DNA of 64,000 nt from the NCBI GenBank assembly GCA_050950285.1, contig JBMNHG010000008.1, positions 434,001 through 498,000 on the forward strand, in the 5' to 3' direction. Both the position numbers and the translations under genes were made by a program. This document shows, in pieces, positions 1 through 9,646 of the stretch (its first letter is position 1; each line of letters opens with the position of its first letter). The notes beneath the pieces were generated by a model that saw nothing but the letters and a program-made list of their open reading frames with translations, was not told the DNA's origin and did no database searches. The DNA is from Kiritimatiellia bacterium. GTDB lineage: Bacteria; Verrucomicrobiota; Kiritimatiellia; RFP12; JBMNHG01.

Positions 1-475
1 ATACCAGCGCGCCGCCCTCGGCGCGGCCTCCGGCAACGGCCTCCGGCGCGAATGGGGGTCGGGCGAAGTGCGCTTCACGGGCGTGGACCTGACGGACGGC
101 GACGGCCGTCCCCGCCCGCTCTTCGAGGCCGGGTCCACCCTGCGCATCGCCCTGCGCTACCACGCCGACCGGCCCGTGCCCGCCCCCGTCTTCGGCTTCG
201 CCGTGGCGGACGCCGCCGGGCGCATCGTCTACGGCGCCAACACGCAGACGGCCCGCTTCCCCGTGGGCGACCTGCCCGAGGGCGACGGCTCGCTCGTGCT
301 CGAACTCCCCGATTTGCGCCTGGCCTCCGGCGCCTACCTCCTTTCCGTGTCCGTCCACTCCGCCGACCACGTCTCGAACTACCACCGCCTCGACCACGCC
401 TTCCCCTTCACCGTGGCCAATCCGCTCTCCTTCGACGGCTGCGTCGCGATGGACACCCGCTGGAGCCGCCCATGA
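1..475 (+). CDS. ABC transporter ATP-binding protein, Wzt-type C-terminal carbohydrate-binding domain (5' partial)
   Basis: Frame open from position 2 (..REWGSGEVRFTGVDL..PVFGFAV..VYGANT..LASGAYLLSVSVH), a typical Wzt C-domain. Its stop overlaps the nadC start (ATGA). Confidence 0.8.
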   Translation, partial: YQRAALGAASGNGLRREWGSGEVRFTGVDLTDGDGRPRPLFEAGSTLRIALRYHADRPVPAPVFGFAVADAAGRIVYGANTQTARFPVGDLPEGDGSLVLELPDLRLASGAYLLSVSVHSADHVSNYHRLDHAFPFTVANPLSFDGCVAMDTRWSRP

Positions 476-1341
476 CCCTTCCCGACCTGCTCGCGGACCC
501 CCGCGTCCTTCCCGTCCTCCAAAACGCCCTGGAAGAGGACATCGGCCCCGGCGACGCCACCACCCTCGCCCTCGTCGACCCCGGCATCGAGGCCGAAGGG
601 ACCATCTTCCCGCGCTCCGGATGCCGCGTGGCCGGCGCCGGGGTGGCCGCGGCCGTCCTCCACGCCGTCGATCCCGCCATCCGCTGCGAGATCCTCCTGC
701 CCGACGGCTCGGACGCCCCCGCCGACGCGCCCATCCTCCGCCTCCGCGGGCGCGCCGCCTCCATCCTCACCGCCGAGCGCGTGGCCCTCAACTTCCTCCA
801 GCGCATGTGCGGCATCGCCACGATGACCCGCCGCTTCGTCCGGGCCGTGGCCGATTTCGGCACGCTCATCCTCGACACCCGGAAGACCACCCCCGGCCTC
901 CGCGCCTTCGAGAAGTACAGCGTGCTCTGCGGCGGCGGCGCCAACCACCGCATGGGCCTCTACGACCGCGTGATGGTGAAGGACAACCACCGCCGCCTCT
1001 GGGCCTCGGGCGACCCCTTCTCCCTCGACGGCGCCGTGGAGGCCGCCCGCGCCCGCTTCCCGGAACTCGCCGTGGAGGTGGAGGTGGAGAGCCTCGACGA
1101 ATGCCGCTCCGCCCTCCGCGCGCGCCCCGAATGGATCCTGCTCGACAACATGCCCTGCGACCGCATGGCCGAGTGCGTCCGCCTCTGCAAGGGCATCTCC
1201 CGCACCGAAGCCTCCGGCGGCATCACCTTCGAACGCATCCGCGAGGTCGCCGCCACCGGCGTGGACGCCATCTCCCTCGGCTGCCTCACCCACTCCGCCC
1301 CCGCGTGCGACCTCTCGCTCGAATGGACGGAGATCCGCTGA
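472..1341 (+). CDS. nadC: Nicotinate-nucleotide diphosphorylase (carboxylating), 289 aa
   Basis: Motifs EEDIGPGDATT, ERVALNFLQRMCGIAT, DTRKTTPGLR, NHRMGLYD..VKDNH, LLDNM, EASGGI. The true ATG is at 472, inside ORF 52..1341. Confidence 0.96.
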   Translation: MTLPDLLADPRVLPVLQNALEEDIGPGDATTLALVDPGIEAEGTIFPRSGCRVAGAGVAAAVLHAVDPAIRCEILLPDGSDAPADAPILRLRGRAASILTAERVALNFLQRMCGIATMTRRFVRAVADFGTLILDTRKTTPGLRAFEKYSVLCGGGANHRMGLYDRVMVKDNHRRLWASGDPFSLDGAVEAARARFPELAVEVEVESLDECRSALRARPEWILLDNMPCDRMAECVRLCKGISRTEASGGITFERIREVAATGVDAISLGCLTHSAPACDLSLEWTEIR

Positions 1342-1357
1342 ACCGCCGGCCTGCGCC

Positions 1358-2194
1358 ATGACGGACCTCCTGAAGAACGGCGCCTTCCTGCTCGTGCTGC
1401 TCGGCTCGTTCCACGCGCTGGCGCGGACGGTCCGCCGGCGGCCCGCGTCCGGCGCCTGGCGGGGGTTCGCGGCGCGCCTCCGCGCCCGCGGCGTGGAGCA
1501 GCGCGACACCGCCTGGCTCTTCGGCCTCCTCGCCGTCACCCTCGTCCCCGCGCTGGTCTCCGGGTTTTTCCCCGCGCCCGCCGCGTCCGCCGCGCCCGCC
1601 GCGTCTTCGCCGGTTGCGGAGGCGCTCGCGTTCCTGGCGGGGCCGCTGCTCTTCCCGGCGGCCCTCGCGCTGGCCGCCGTCCTCCCGCCGCTCCTCCGCG
1701 GCCTCGACGCCCGCGACGTCTTCGGCCTGCGCGGAAGCGTGTCCGGGGCCCTGCGGCTGGGCGTCCGCTGGGGGATGGCCATGGTCCTCCCCCTCCTTCT
1801 CCTCGGCCTTGCGCTGGCCGGGCTCTCGCGCCTCGGCGGGACGGAGCCCGAACCCCAGCCGGTCTTCCGGAGCCTGGGGGCCTCGGGCGAGGCGCCCTGG
1901 CGGCAGCTCTGGATCGTGCTTTGCGGCGTGCTGTTTTCGCCCCTCGGGGAAGAGGCGGCCTTCCGCGGCCTGCTGCTTCCCGCGCTGCTCCGCCGTCGCG
2001 GCGTCGCGGGGTCCGTCGTGCTCTCCTCCCTCTTCTTCGCCGCGATCCACCTCCACCTCGACGCCTTCCTCCCCCTCGCCTGCGTGGGCGCCTGCCTCTC
2101 GCTCGCCTACCTGGCCACCGGGAGGCTGCTCGTGCCCGTCGCCATGCACGCCACCTACAACGCCGCCTCCCTCCTCCTCGCCTTCCTGGAATAG
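1358..2194 (+). CDS. CPBP (CAAX/Abi) family intramembrane glutamic endopeptidase
   Basis: Multiple TM segments; motifs GEEAAFRG, FAAIH, HATYN. Confidence 0.88.
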   Translation: MTDLLKNGAFLLVLLGSFHALARTVRRRPASGAWRGFAARLRARGVEQRDTAWLFGLLAVTLVPALVSGFFPAPAASAAPAASSPVAEALAFLAGPLLFPAALALAAVLPPLLRGLDARDVFGLRGSVSGALRLGVRWGMAMVLPLLLLGLALAGLSRLGGTEPEPQPVFRSLGASGEAPWRQLWIVLCGVLFSPLGEEAAFRGLLLPALLRRRGVAGSVVLSSLFFAAIHLHLDAFLPLACVGACLSLAYLATGRLLVPVAMHATYNAASLLLAFLE

Positions 2195-2235
2195 GGGCGC
2201 GCCACGCTCGGCGTGGGGCGGGTGGCGGGTTCGGC

Positions 2236-2505
2236 GTCAGTCGGGTCAGTCGGGTCAATCGTCGCGTGTCGAGCGTCAATCGGGCCAATCGGGTCAGTCG
2301 GGTCAATCGTCGCCCGTCGCGTGTCGAGCGTCAATCGGGCCAATCGGGTCAGTCGGGTCAATCGTCGCGTGTCGAGCGTCAATCGGGCCAATCGGGTCAG
2401 TCGGGTCAATCGTCGCGTGTCGCGTGTCGAGCGTCAATCGGGCCAATCGGGTCAATCGGGTCAATCGGGTCAATCGGGTCGCCCGTCGCCCGTCGCCCGT
2501 CGCCT
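2236..2505. repeat. Composite tandem repeat of 9-mers (GTCAATCGG/GCCAATCGG/GTCAGTCGG) and 7-mers (GTCGCGT/GTCGAGC/GTCGCCC)
   Basis: Higher-order units start at 2275, 2330, 2378 and 2433 (periods 55/48/55). The array ends in GTCGCCC x3 plus GTCGCCT. It lies between convergent genes. Confidence 0.93.
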
Positions 2506-2517
2506 GTCGGCGGGTCG

Positions 2518-4299
2518 TCAGATGCGGTCGGGGGTGGCGATGCCGAGGAGGCCGAGGCCGTGGCGGAGGACCTTCGCGACCATGGCGCAGAGGCGGGCGC
2601 GGCTGTCGCGCACGGCGGGTTCGGCCTTGAGGACGGGGAGGCGCTGGTAGAAGCCCGAGTAGAGCTGGGCGAGCTCGTAGAGGGCGTCCGCGAGGAGGCT
2701 GGGCTTGTAGGCCGCGGCGGCGCGGGCGACGGCGGAGGGGTAGCGCAGCAGGTGGAGGACGAGGCGCTTTTCGGCGTCGTCGCCGAGGAGGAGGGGGGCC
2801 TGGCCGAGGTCGACCTCCGGGGCCTGTTCGCGGAACTTGTCCAGCAGGCTCCGGATGCGGGCGTAGGCGTACTGGAGGTAGGGGCCGGAGTTGCCGTCGA
2901 GGGCGAGGGCCTTCTCCCAGGTGAAGGTGACCATCGTCTGGGGGCTCTGCGAGAGGTCGGCGTACTTGATGGCGCCGATGCCGATCTGGGCGGCGAGCCG
3001 CTTCGCCTCGTCCTCGGGCATGTCGGGGCGGGTCTCGTCGAGGATGGCACGGGCGCGGGCCTCGGCCTCGTCGAGGAGGGATTCGAGGGAGATGAGGTTG
3101 CCCTGGCGGGTGGAGATGGTGCCTTCGGGGAGGCGCATCAGGCCGAACCAGACGTGGACGAGGTCGCAGGAGTCCGGGACGATGCCGGCCTTGCGGCTGA
3201 TGCGGAAGAACTGGCGGAAGTGGAGCTGCTGGCGCTCGTCGGTGACGTAGACCATCGAGTCCGGCGCGTAGTCGCGCATGCGGGTGGCGACGGTGGCGAT
3301 GTCGGTGGTGGTGTAGTTGAAGCCGCCGTCGCTCTTGCGGACGATGGCGACGTCGAGGCCGTCGTCGGAGAGGTCGACGATGGTGGCGCCTTCGCTCTCC
3401 TTCGCGAGGCCGGCCCGTTCGAGGCGTTCGACCACCCCGGCGAGCTGGTCCTGGTAGTAGCTTTCGCCGCGGGTGGTGTCGAACCGGACGTCGAGGCGGC
3501 GGTAGACGCGGTCGAATTCGTTCCTGGAGAGGCGGACGAACTCCTTCCAGAGGGCGCGGTTTTCGGGGTCGCCCTGCTGGAGCTTCACGGTTTCGAGGCG
3601 GCAGGCGTCGAGCCAGGCTTCGGCTTCGGCCTTCCGGGCGTCGTCGGCGTCGTCCGGGGCCTGGGTCCGCGCGTAGCTTTCCACGTAGATGCGCTGGAGT
3701 TCCCCGACGGGGTCCTTTTCGAGGGCGTCGGGGTCGAGGAAGGCGCGGTAGCCGCGGATGATGATGCCGAACTGGGTGCCCCAGTCGCCGATGTGGTTGT
3801 CGGCCACGACGCGGTAGCCGAGGGCGCGGAAGATGCGGTCGAGGGCGTTGCCGATGACCGTGGAGCGGATGTGCCCGATGTGCATGGGCTTGGCGACGTT
3901 CGGGCTGGAGTAGTCGATGACGAGCGTTCGTCCGGCACCGGAGGGGACGATGCCGAGGAGGGGGTCGGCCGACCAGGCTTCGGCCTGTCCGGCGAGCCAG
4001 CCGGGGTCGAGGGTGAGGTTGATGAAGCCGGGGCCGGCGATTTCGGCCTTTTCGATGGCGGGCGGGAGGGGGCGGCCTTCGACGAGGCGCGCCGCGATGT
4101 CGCGCGGCTTGAGGCGCAAGACCTTGGCGAGGGCCATGGCGTCGTTGCACTGGTAGTCGCCGAAGCGGGGGTCGGTGGCGGGGGCGACGCGGAGGGAGAT
4201 GCCGTCGGCGGCGTCGCCGAAGGCCGAAGCCAGGCCGTCCTGGAGCCACGAGGCCAGCGCGGCCTCGATGCCGGCGCCTGGGGAAGCGGATTCGTTCAT
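2518..4299 (-). CDS. argS: Arginine--tRNA ligase, 593 aa
   Basis: FGDYQCN, IAGPGFIN, DYSSPNVAKPMHIGHIRST (HIGH), NHIGDWGTQFG, GNSGPYLQYAYARI. Confidence 0.97.
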   Translation of the reverse strand: MNESASPGAGIEAALASWLQDGLASAFGDAADGISLRVAPATDPRFGDYQCNDAMALAKVLRLKPRDIAARLVEGRPLPPAIEKAEIAGPGFINLTLDPGWLAGQAEAWSADPLLGIVPSGAGRTLVIDYSSPNVAKPMHIGHIRSTVIGNALDRIFRALGYRVVADNHIGDWGTQFGIIIRGYRAFLDPDALEKDPVGELQRIYVESYARTQAPDDADDARKAEAEAWLDACRLETVKLQQGDPENRALWKEFVRLSRNEFDRVYRRLDVRFDTTRGESYYQDQLAGVVERLERAGLAKESEGATIVDLSDDGLDVAIVRKSDGGFNYTTTDIATVATRMRDYAPDSMVYVTDERQQLHFRQFFRISRKAGIVPDSCDLVHVWFGLMRLPEGTISTRQGNLISLESLLDEAEARARAILDETRPDMPEDEAKRLAAQIGIGAIKYADLSQSPQTMVTFTWEKALALDGNSGPYLQYAYARIRSLLDKFREQAPEVDLGQAPLLLGDDAEKRLVLHLLRYPSAVARAAAAYKPSLLADALYELAQLYSGFYQRLPVLKAEPAVRDSRARLCAMVAKVLRHGLGLLGIATPDRI

Positions 4300-4305
4300 G
4301 CCCGT

Positions 4306-4334
4306 AGGATAGACCAATCCACCCGTCCCCGCAA
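4306..4334 (-). promoter_or_regulatory. Putative sigma70 leaderless promoter of argS
   Basis: TTGCGG-N17-TATCCT-N6-ATG; no Shine-Dalgarno. Confidence 0.55.
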
Positions 4335-4366
4335 GCGACGGAACGCCGCGGGCGCCGGGCGCGGCG

Positions 4367-4402
4367 CGGCGCGCCGCGCGAAAGGCGGCGCGCCGTTTTT
4401 CC
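4367..4402. repeat. CGGCGCGCCG palindromic (REP/terminator-like) element, two copies
   Basis: CGGCGCGCCG at 4367-4376 and 4386-4395 plus a T5 tract, just after the stop of the 4411..6159 gene. Confidence 0.65.
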
Positions 4403-4410
4403 GGGCGGAG

Positions 4411-6159
4411 TTACCGGAGGAACAGGGTGGTGCCGAAGGCGGGCGGGCAGGCGTAGACGAGCTTCGTGCCGTTGTCCTCGATGGAGAGTTCGCCGAGGTA
4501 GGCGGTTCCGGCGACGTCGGGGAAGGAGGCGTTGTCGATGAGCGTCTGGAAGGCGCCGGTGCTGTCTTCGCCGGAGGAGGCGATCACCTGGCGCGAGCCG
4601 GGGTGGCGGCGCGACCAGTCGCGGGCGTGGAGGGTGAGGCGGCAGCCGGGGGTGCCGTAGCCGGGGATTTCCGAGGCTTTGGAGTAGATGCGGTTGTTCG
4701 GGGCCTGGATGGGGGTCTGGTCGAAGCCGTCGGGCGGGATGGCGATGTCGAGGTGCGCGTTGTAGTTGAAGGTGATGGTGCCGGCGACGCCGTTCGCCTC
4801 GTTGCCCGCGGCGCCGTACGCGCGGGCCTCGAGCAGGGCCCCGGGGCCGGAGATGCGGATGAGGGCGTTCGAGCTGTGGCCCATGAGGGGGCTGCCGGTT
4901 TCGAAGCTGGGCCATTCGGAGCCGCAGAGGAAGTGGCCCACGGAGACGGTCGCGTCCTCGATGATCACGCCGTGGTCGATGGAGCCGGGGCCGCCGCCGA
5001 TCACCAGCGAGGAGGAGTTGGCGCCGTGGACGAGCGCGCCGTTCGACACGCGGAGGAAGTGGTTGGTGGAGGCCTTGCGCGGGCCGATCAGGAATTGGGG
5101 GTTGCGCCAGCCGCCTTCCCGGTCGAAGCGGATCTCGCTGCCTTCGCCGTCCACCCAGACGAGGTGGTTGTGGGTCTCGAGGAAGTCGTAGTACACGGCG
5201 CCGTCGCCGCCGTCGGCGACGCCTTCCACGTAGTACAGCGAGGCGTTGTCGTTCGTGAGGATCATCTTGCCGCCGCCGCGCACGAGGAAGGTCACCTGCT
5301 TGAGCGCGTCCGACCAATGGCCGTACCAGCCGTTCGCGATGCCGGCGGCGGTGAGGACGGCGCCATTCTCGACGATGTTCGTCTGGGAGTGGCCGGAGGT
5401 GGCGAAGGTGCGGCAGGAGAGGGTGGTGTTGGTGCCGGACAGGACGAAGGTGTCGCCGCCGCCGCGGTTCACCGAGACGTCGCCCGCGACGGCGACGCTG
5501 GCGCCGTTGTCGATGGTGGCGGTGGCGAGCGAGCCCTGGAGCCAGAGCGCGGCGAGCGAGGCCTCCGTGCCGGAGAGGCCGAGGCGGATGTGCGGAACCC
5601 AGTCGCTCCAAGGCTCGCCGGCGGCCCAGTTCTCGCCCCAGGTGACGCCGATGCCGAAGCCGGTGGTGTCCATGATGCGCCACTGGTCGCCGCCGTTGGC
5701 GTGGGCGAGGGGCGCGGTGCACAGGACCGTCCCGTTGCTGAAGACGAGCGACGAGTGGTCGCCGTACATCGTGAAGAGTTCGCCTCGCGAGGCGATGTCC
5801 AGCGTGTGGCCCTGGAGGTCGAAGACGATTTGGTCCGCCGGGTTGCCGTATTTGTTCCAGTAGGTGGCGGAGAGGTTGTCGATGATGTCGACGGTGCGGT
5901 CTCCGGCGAGGGTGACGGTCGCGGGGCCGCCGGAGAAGTAGACGGCATCGCCCGCGTCCGGGCAACGGGTTGCGTCGGCCTCGGAGACGATCTCCCAGTT
6001 TCCGCCCACATTCTCGAAGACGATGGTCTTCCAGTTCGCGGCGGCCTCGAAGGCGCCGCCGGCGGCGTTGTTCCACAGGAAGGTGTCCGCGGGGGCGGCG
6101 GACGCGCAGAGCAGGGCGGCCGCGAGGGCGAGGGGCGCGGCGGAGGATGGCTGGGTCAT
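4411..6159 (-). CDS. Secreted beta-strand-rich (autotransporter-passenger/beta-helix-like) hypothetical protein, 582 aa, C-terminal PAFGTTLFLR
   Basis: SD GAGGTGA before the ATG at 6159; signal peptide (ALAAALLCASAAPA-D); WNNAAGG..AANW motif; G/N/T-rich repeats; no C-terminal beta-barrel. Confidence 0.8.
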   Translation of the reverse strand: MTQPSSAAPLALAAALLCASAAPADTFLWNNAAGGAFEAAANWKTIVFENVGGNWEIVSEADATRCPDAGDAVYFSGGPATVTLAGDRTVDIIDNLSATYWNKYGNPADQIVFDLQGHTLDIASRGELFTMYGDHSSLVFSNGTVLCTAPLAHANGGDQWRIMDTTGFGIGVTWGENWAAGEPWSDWVPHIRLGLSGTEASLAALWLQGSLATATIDNGASVAVAGDVSVNRGGGDTFVLSGTNTTLSCRTFATSGHSQTNIVENGAVLTAAGIANGWYGHWSDALKQVTFLVRGGGKMILTNDNASLYYVEGVADGGDGAVYYDFLETHNHLVWVDGEGSEIRFDREGGWRNPQFLIGPRKASTNHFLRVSNGALVHGANSSSLVIGGGPGSIDHGVIIEDATVSVGHFLCGSEWPSFETGSPLMGHSSNALIRISGPGALLEARAYGAAGNEANGVAGTITFNYNAHLDIAIPPDGFDQTPIQAPNNRIYSKASEIPGYGTPGCRLTLHARDWSRRHPGSRQVIASSGEDSTGAFQTLIDNASFPDVAGTAYLGELSIEDNGTKLVYACPPAFGTTLFLR

Positions 6160-6218
6160 GGGATCACCTCGGGGTTGGGACGACGATGGAAGGTTCATGC
6201 GACGGAACCATACCCCCC

Positions 6219-6246
6219 ATGATACGAGGGCGGAAAAGGTTGTCAA
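6219..6246 (-). promoter_or_regulatory. Putative sigma70 promoter of the 6159 gene
   Basis: TTGACA-N16-TATCAT, abutting the IS target duplication. Confidence 0.6.
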
Positions 6247-6250
6247 GGAT

Positions 6251-8066
6251 CCCTAAACTGCGGGAGATTTGGCGCGAGGGCGTTTCGAAGGGCCGGGAGC
6301 ACGGTTTGACGGCTGTCGGGAGGGGGATCGAAGGGTGCCGGCTCTCCGTCGACGCCCTGCTTGTTCCTTTTCCAGGCGTTTCCAGCCTTGGGGAGGGCGT
6401 CGGGCGCCCTTCCAGGCGAAATCCAGGCAGGCTCCGCCGCGGCCGGGCTGTCGCCCGTCCGTCCGGAGCCGTCCGGTTCCGGCTTTTGCCTCGCGCTACG
6501 TCGATTCGGTGGGCTGCACACCCGGCAGGGGAACGCCTCGAGCAGCTCCAGGACGCGCTTCACCCACTCCTTCGGGGCGGCGAAGCGCAGGACGATCTTG
6601 CGGCTGAGCCGCGAAAGGCGCGCGCCGGCCGTCAGCACGTGGAAGCGCACGCCGCGCACGCGCCGCACGCGGTTCTCCGGCTCCGGGTCGGCCGCCCGGA
6701 GCGCGGCGGCCATGTTGTAGGCCACCGCGTTGAGCGCGAACCAGGCCGCGTTGGCCCCGAACTTCTGGCTCGGCGGGCGGGCCGCCGCCAGGTCGTTCTT
6801 CATTTCGTCGTGGACGTGCTCGACCGTGCCCGCCTTCCCGCGGTGCCATTCGACGACCTTTTCGCCCGACTCCGCCCGGTTGGTCGCCACGGCGAAGTGC
6901 TTGCGGTCGTTCCCGTCGTCGAAGAGCTCGCCCTGGGGCTTGAGGAAGCGGAGCCCGATGCAGCGCCGGGGGCGCGCATGCTTGTTCTCGGAGCGCAGGC
7001 CGGGGACGTAGTCGAGCTCGGCCCACTGCTTGAGCGTGCCGTCCGGTTCGCGGTCGAACGTCTTCCACGCATCTTCGGGGACGCGGCGCGCGGCGGCCGC
7101 CCCACTTCCGGGACCATCCGGACGCTGATCGCGTAGTCGATCCTGCCCCGCGGGCCGCCCTCGCGCTCCGGATCCTCGAGCCAGCCGTACAGGTCGTTGT
7201 TGTCGCAGGCGCTGTCGCCGCGAAAGCCGAACACGCGCACGCTCGGGGGGAGTTCGGCGAACGCCAGGCGCGCGCAGCGGAGGGGGTCCTTGGAGGCGGG
7301 CACGTTGCCGTCGCGGAACTCGGTGGCCAGCACCACGCCCGCCTCGGCCCAGACCGCGACCACCGGCTGGTAGCCCCGCTCCCCCGTGTAGGCGACCGTC
7401 GCCGAGCGCTTGTTGCTCTCCACGATCGTCGCGTCCAGGTCGACCGTCGCCACCGCGGGGCTCCCCCCGGGCTGGCGCGCCGCCGCGGCGCGCGCCGAAA
7501 CCCCCACGACCGCCTGCAGGCCGCGAAGCCCCTCCGTGGGCTCGGGCACGCTCGACTTCAAGTCCAGCTCGAGCGCCCGCTCCCGCGCCCGCGCCACCGC
7601 CTCCGCGTCGTGGAAGCGCTCGAGCCAGTCGCGAAGGGCGCGGGAGCCCGGCGCCTGGAAGCCCAGCATCTTCGACACCGCCCGGATCCCCGCGCAGCCG
7701 GTCCACGTCCTCCACGCATCCCGCGCCGAGCATCAGCGCGCACGCCGCCGACTCGACGAACTCGCCCGCCGTGAAGCCGAGCCTGATGCGGCGCAGGGCG
7801 CCGAGGTTCGCGTCGCACGCCCCGGGAAGCCCCATGCCGCGGAAGACGCGGGAGGCCACCGCCATGCCGCCAAGGCCGGTCACGGTGCCGGGAACGGGGT
7901 CCGGGGAGATTTCGTAGGGGATTTTCCATTGGGTAGGGGTTTTCGGTCTCATGGGCGCATATTCTATCAAGACAGCCTTGATGAAACAAGCGGGAAATTA
8001 TCGCCGTTTTCCCGCTCCATTCCAGCACTTCGGAGACCCTCGCAAAAAATCTCCCGCAAAACAGGG
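6251..8066 (-). mobile_element. IS1380-family insertion sequence, 1816 bp
   Basis: Imperfect 30-bp terminal IRs (CCCTAAACTGCGGGAGATTTGGCGCGAGGG vs CCCTGTTTTGCGGGAGATTTTTTGCGAGGG, 23/30). 5-bp direct repeat AGGAT at 6246-6250 and 8067-8071. CC..GG ends. Confidence 0.9.
6496..7952 (-). pseudogene. IS1380-family DDE transposase, frameshifted (about 7682, about 7100, probably about 6520)
   Basis: Across frames: TVDLDATIV, GYQP, EFRDGNVPA, FRGDSA, HRGKAGTVEHVHDEMKNDL, FGANAAW. The main frame runs through the IR out to 6243, so the real stop is probably 6496 (..VQPTEST*). The indels may be sequencing errors. Confidence 0.8.
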
Positions 8067-8224
8067 AGGATTTGGGCGCGCCCGCGCCCCTCGGCGGCAT
8101 GCCGTTTGCCATTGGCGCGGCGTCCGCTTCCTGCTATCATCGCACGCAAGAAGGCGGAACGGGGCGCGGGCTCCGGATTTTTCAAATTGCCGCCATCCGT
8201 CCACAGAGGGTATCCTGTACGGCC

Positions 8225-9577
8225 ATGAATTTCCAGCCCAGTCTTTTTGATCGTGTCCTTTCGAATCCCGAGGCGTACGAGTTCGACGTCGCGTCCCTTG
8301 GCCCGTGCAAGATCGATTCGCCGGCGCGCGAGCGCTGGTTCGTGCCGGAGGGCGCCCGCTGCGCGCTGTCGCCGGATGTCGAGATCCGCGACGGCGCGGC
8401 CGTGCTTCCCGCCGGGATGCCCTCCTTCGAGAAGGCGGGGGCGCACCGCAAGATCTTCCACGACCCCGCCTGGAGCCGCGCCGCGATCCTCACGGCGGGC
8501 GGCCTTTGCCCGGGGCTCAACCACGTGATCAAGGCGCTGGTCGAGATCCTCAACTCCGACTACGGCGTCAAGACCATCTACGGCATCCGCTACGGCTTCC
8601 GCGGCTTCATCGCGAAGCACGGCTACGAGCCGCTGATGCTCGACCCGGACAACGTCGACACCATCCACGAGCTGGGCGGGACCATCCTGGGCTCGTCGCG
8701 CGGCCAGCAGGACGTGGGCGAGATCGTCGACGCCATCATACGGATGAACATCAACCTGCTCTTCTGCGTGGGGGGCGACGGCACCTTGCGCGGCGCGCAC
8801 GACATCGCGATGGAGTGCAAGCGGCGGCGCCTCTTCGTGAGCGTGGTGGCCGTTCCGAAGACGGTGGACAACGACCTCAACTTCGTGGGGAACTCCTTTG
8901 GCTTCGAGACGGCGGTGGCGGAGACCTCGCCCATCATCCAGGCCGCCCACATCGAGGCGCGGGGCACGGTGAACGGCGTGGGCCTCGTGAAGCTGATGGG
9001 CCGCGATTCGGGCTTCATCGCCGCCTATGCCACGGTGGCCAACCCGGTCGTGAACTTCTGCCTGATCCCGGAGATGCCCTTCGCCCTCGACGGGCCGAAC
9101 GGGCTCCTCGCCGCCCTCGAGCGCCGCTTCCGGAAGAAGGACCACTGCGTGATCGTGGTGGCCGAAGGCGCCGGGCAAGACCTGATCACGGACGCCGTCC
9201 CGCAGTACGACCCCTCCGGGAACCTGCTCAAGAAGGACATCGGCGAGTTCCTGAAGAAGAAGATTTCCGCGCACTTCGAGGCGCTTGGGGTTGAAACGTC
9301 GGTGAAGTACTTCGACCCCAGCTACTCCATCCGCAGCGTCCCCGCGCGGGGGTCCGATGCGATCCACTGCCACCTGCTGGCCTGCAACGCCGTGCACGCG
9401 GCGATGGCGGGCCGGACCGACTGCGTGGTGGGCAACATGCACCACGGCAGCACCTACACGCTCGTCCCGATCGTCCTGGCGACGATGGAGCGGCAGAAGG
9501 TGGACCTCGCCTCCGGCCTGTGGGGCGCCGTGCTCGACGCCACGTGCCAGGGGGCCTATTTCGGCACGTCGGAATAG
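8225..9577 (+). CDS. pfkA: ATP-dependent 6-phosphofructokinase (group X type), 450 aa
   Basis: GGLCPGLN, GGTILGSSRG, VGGDGTLRGA, PKTVDND, KLMGRDSGFIA, KYFDPSYSIRS. Confidence 0.92.
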   Translation: MNFQPSLFDRVLSNPEAYEFDVASLGPCKIDSPARERWFVPEGARCALSPDVEIRDGAAVLPAGMPSFEKAGAHRKIFHDPAWSRAAILTAGGLCPGLNHVIKALVEILNSDYGVKTIYGIRYGFRGFIAKHGYEPLMLDPDNVDTIHELGGTILGSSRGQQDVGEIVDAIIRMNINLLFCVGGDGTLRGAHDIAMECKRRRLFVSVVAVPKTVDNDLNFVGNSFGFETAVAETSPIIQAAHIEARGTVNGVGLVKLMGRDSGFIAAYATVANPVVNFCLIPEMPFALDGPNGLLAALERRFRKKDHCVIVVAEGAGQDLITDAVPQYDPSGNLLKKDIGEFLKKKISAHFEALGVETSVKYFDPSYSIRSVPARGSDAIHCHLLACNAVHAAMAGRTDCVVGNMHHGSTYTLVPIVLATMERQKVDLASGLWGAVLDATCQGAYFGTSE

Positions 9578-9646
9578 CCCCGCGCACCCCCCAAGACGGC
9601 GGTGCGCCCGCGGTTGTCCCCCCCTCCCCATGTCCCCAGGATCCCC

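Noticed and set aside
2236..2505. CRISPR array
   Set aside because: Units are contiguous and near-identical with no unique spacers, and there are no cas genes in the window.
2155..2650. Repeat-encoded peptides (DPIDPIGP, SGQSGQ, NRVNRV)
   Set aside because: These are translations of the DNA repeat in several frames, with no credible start or RBS.
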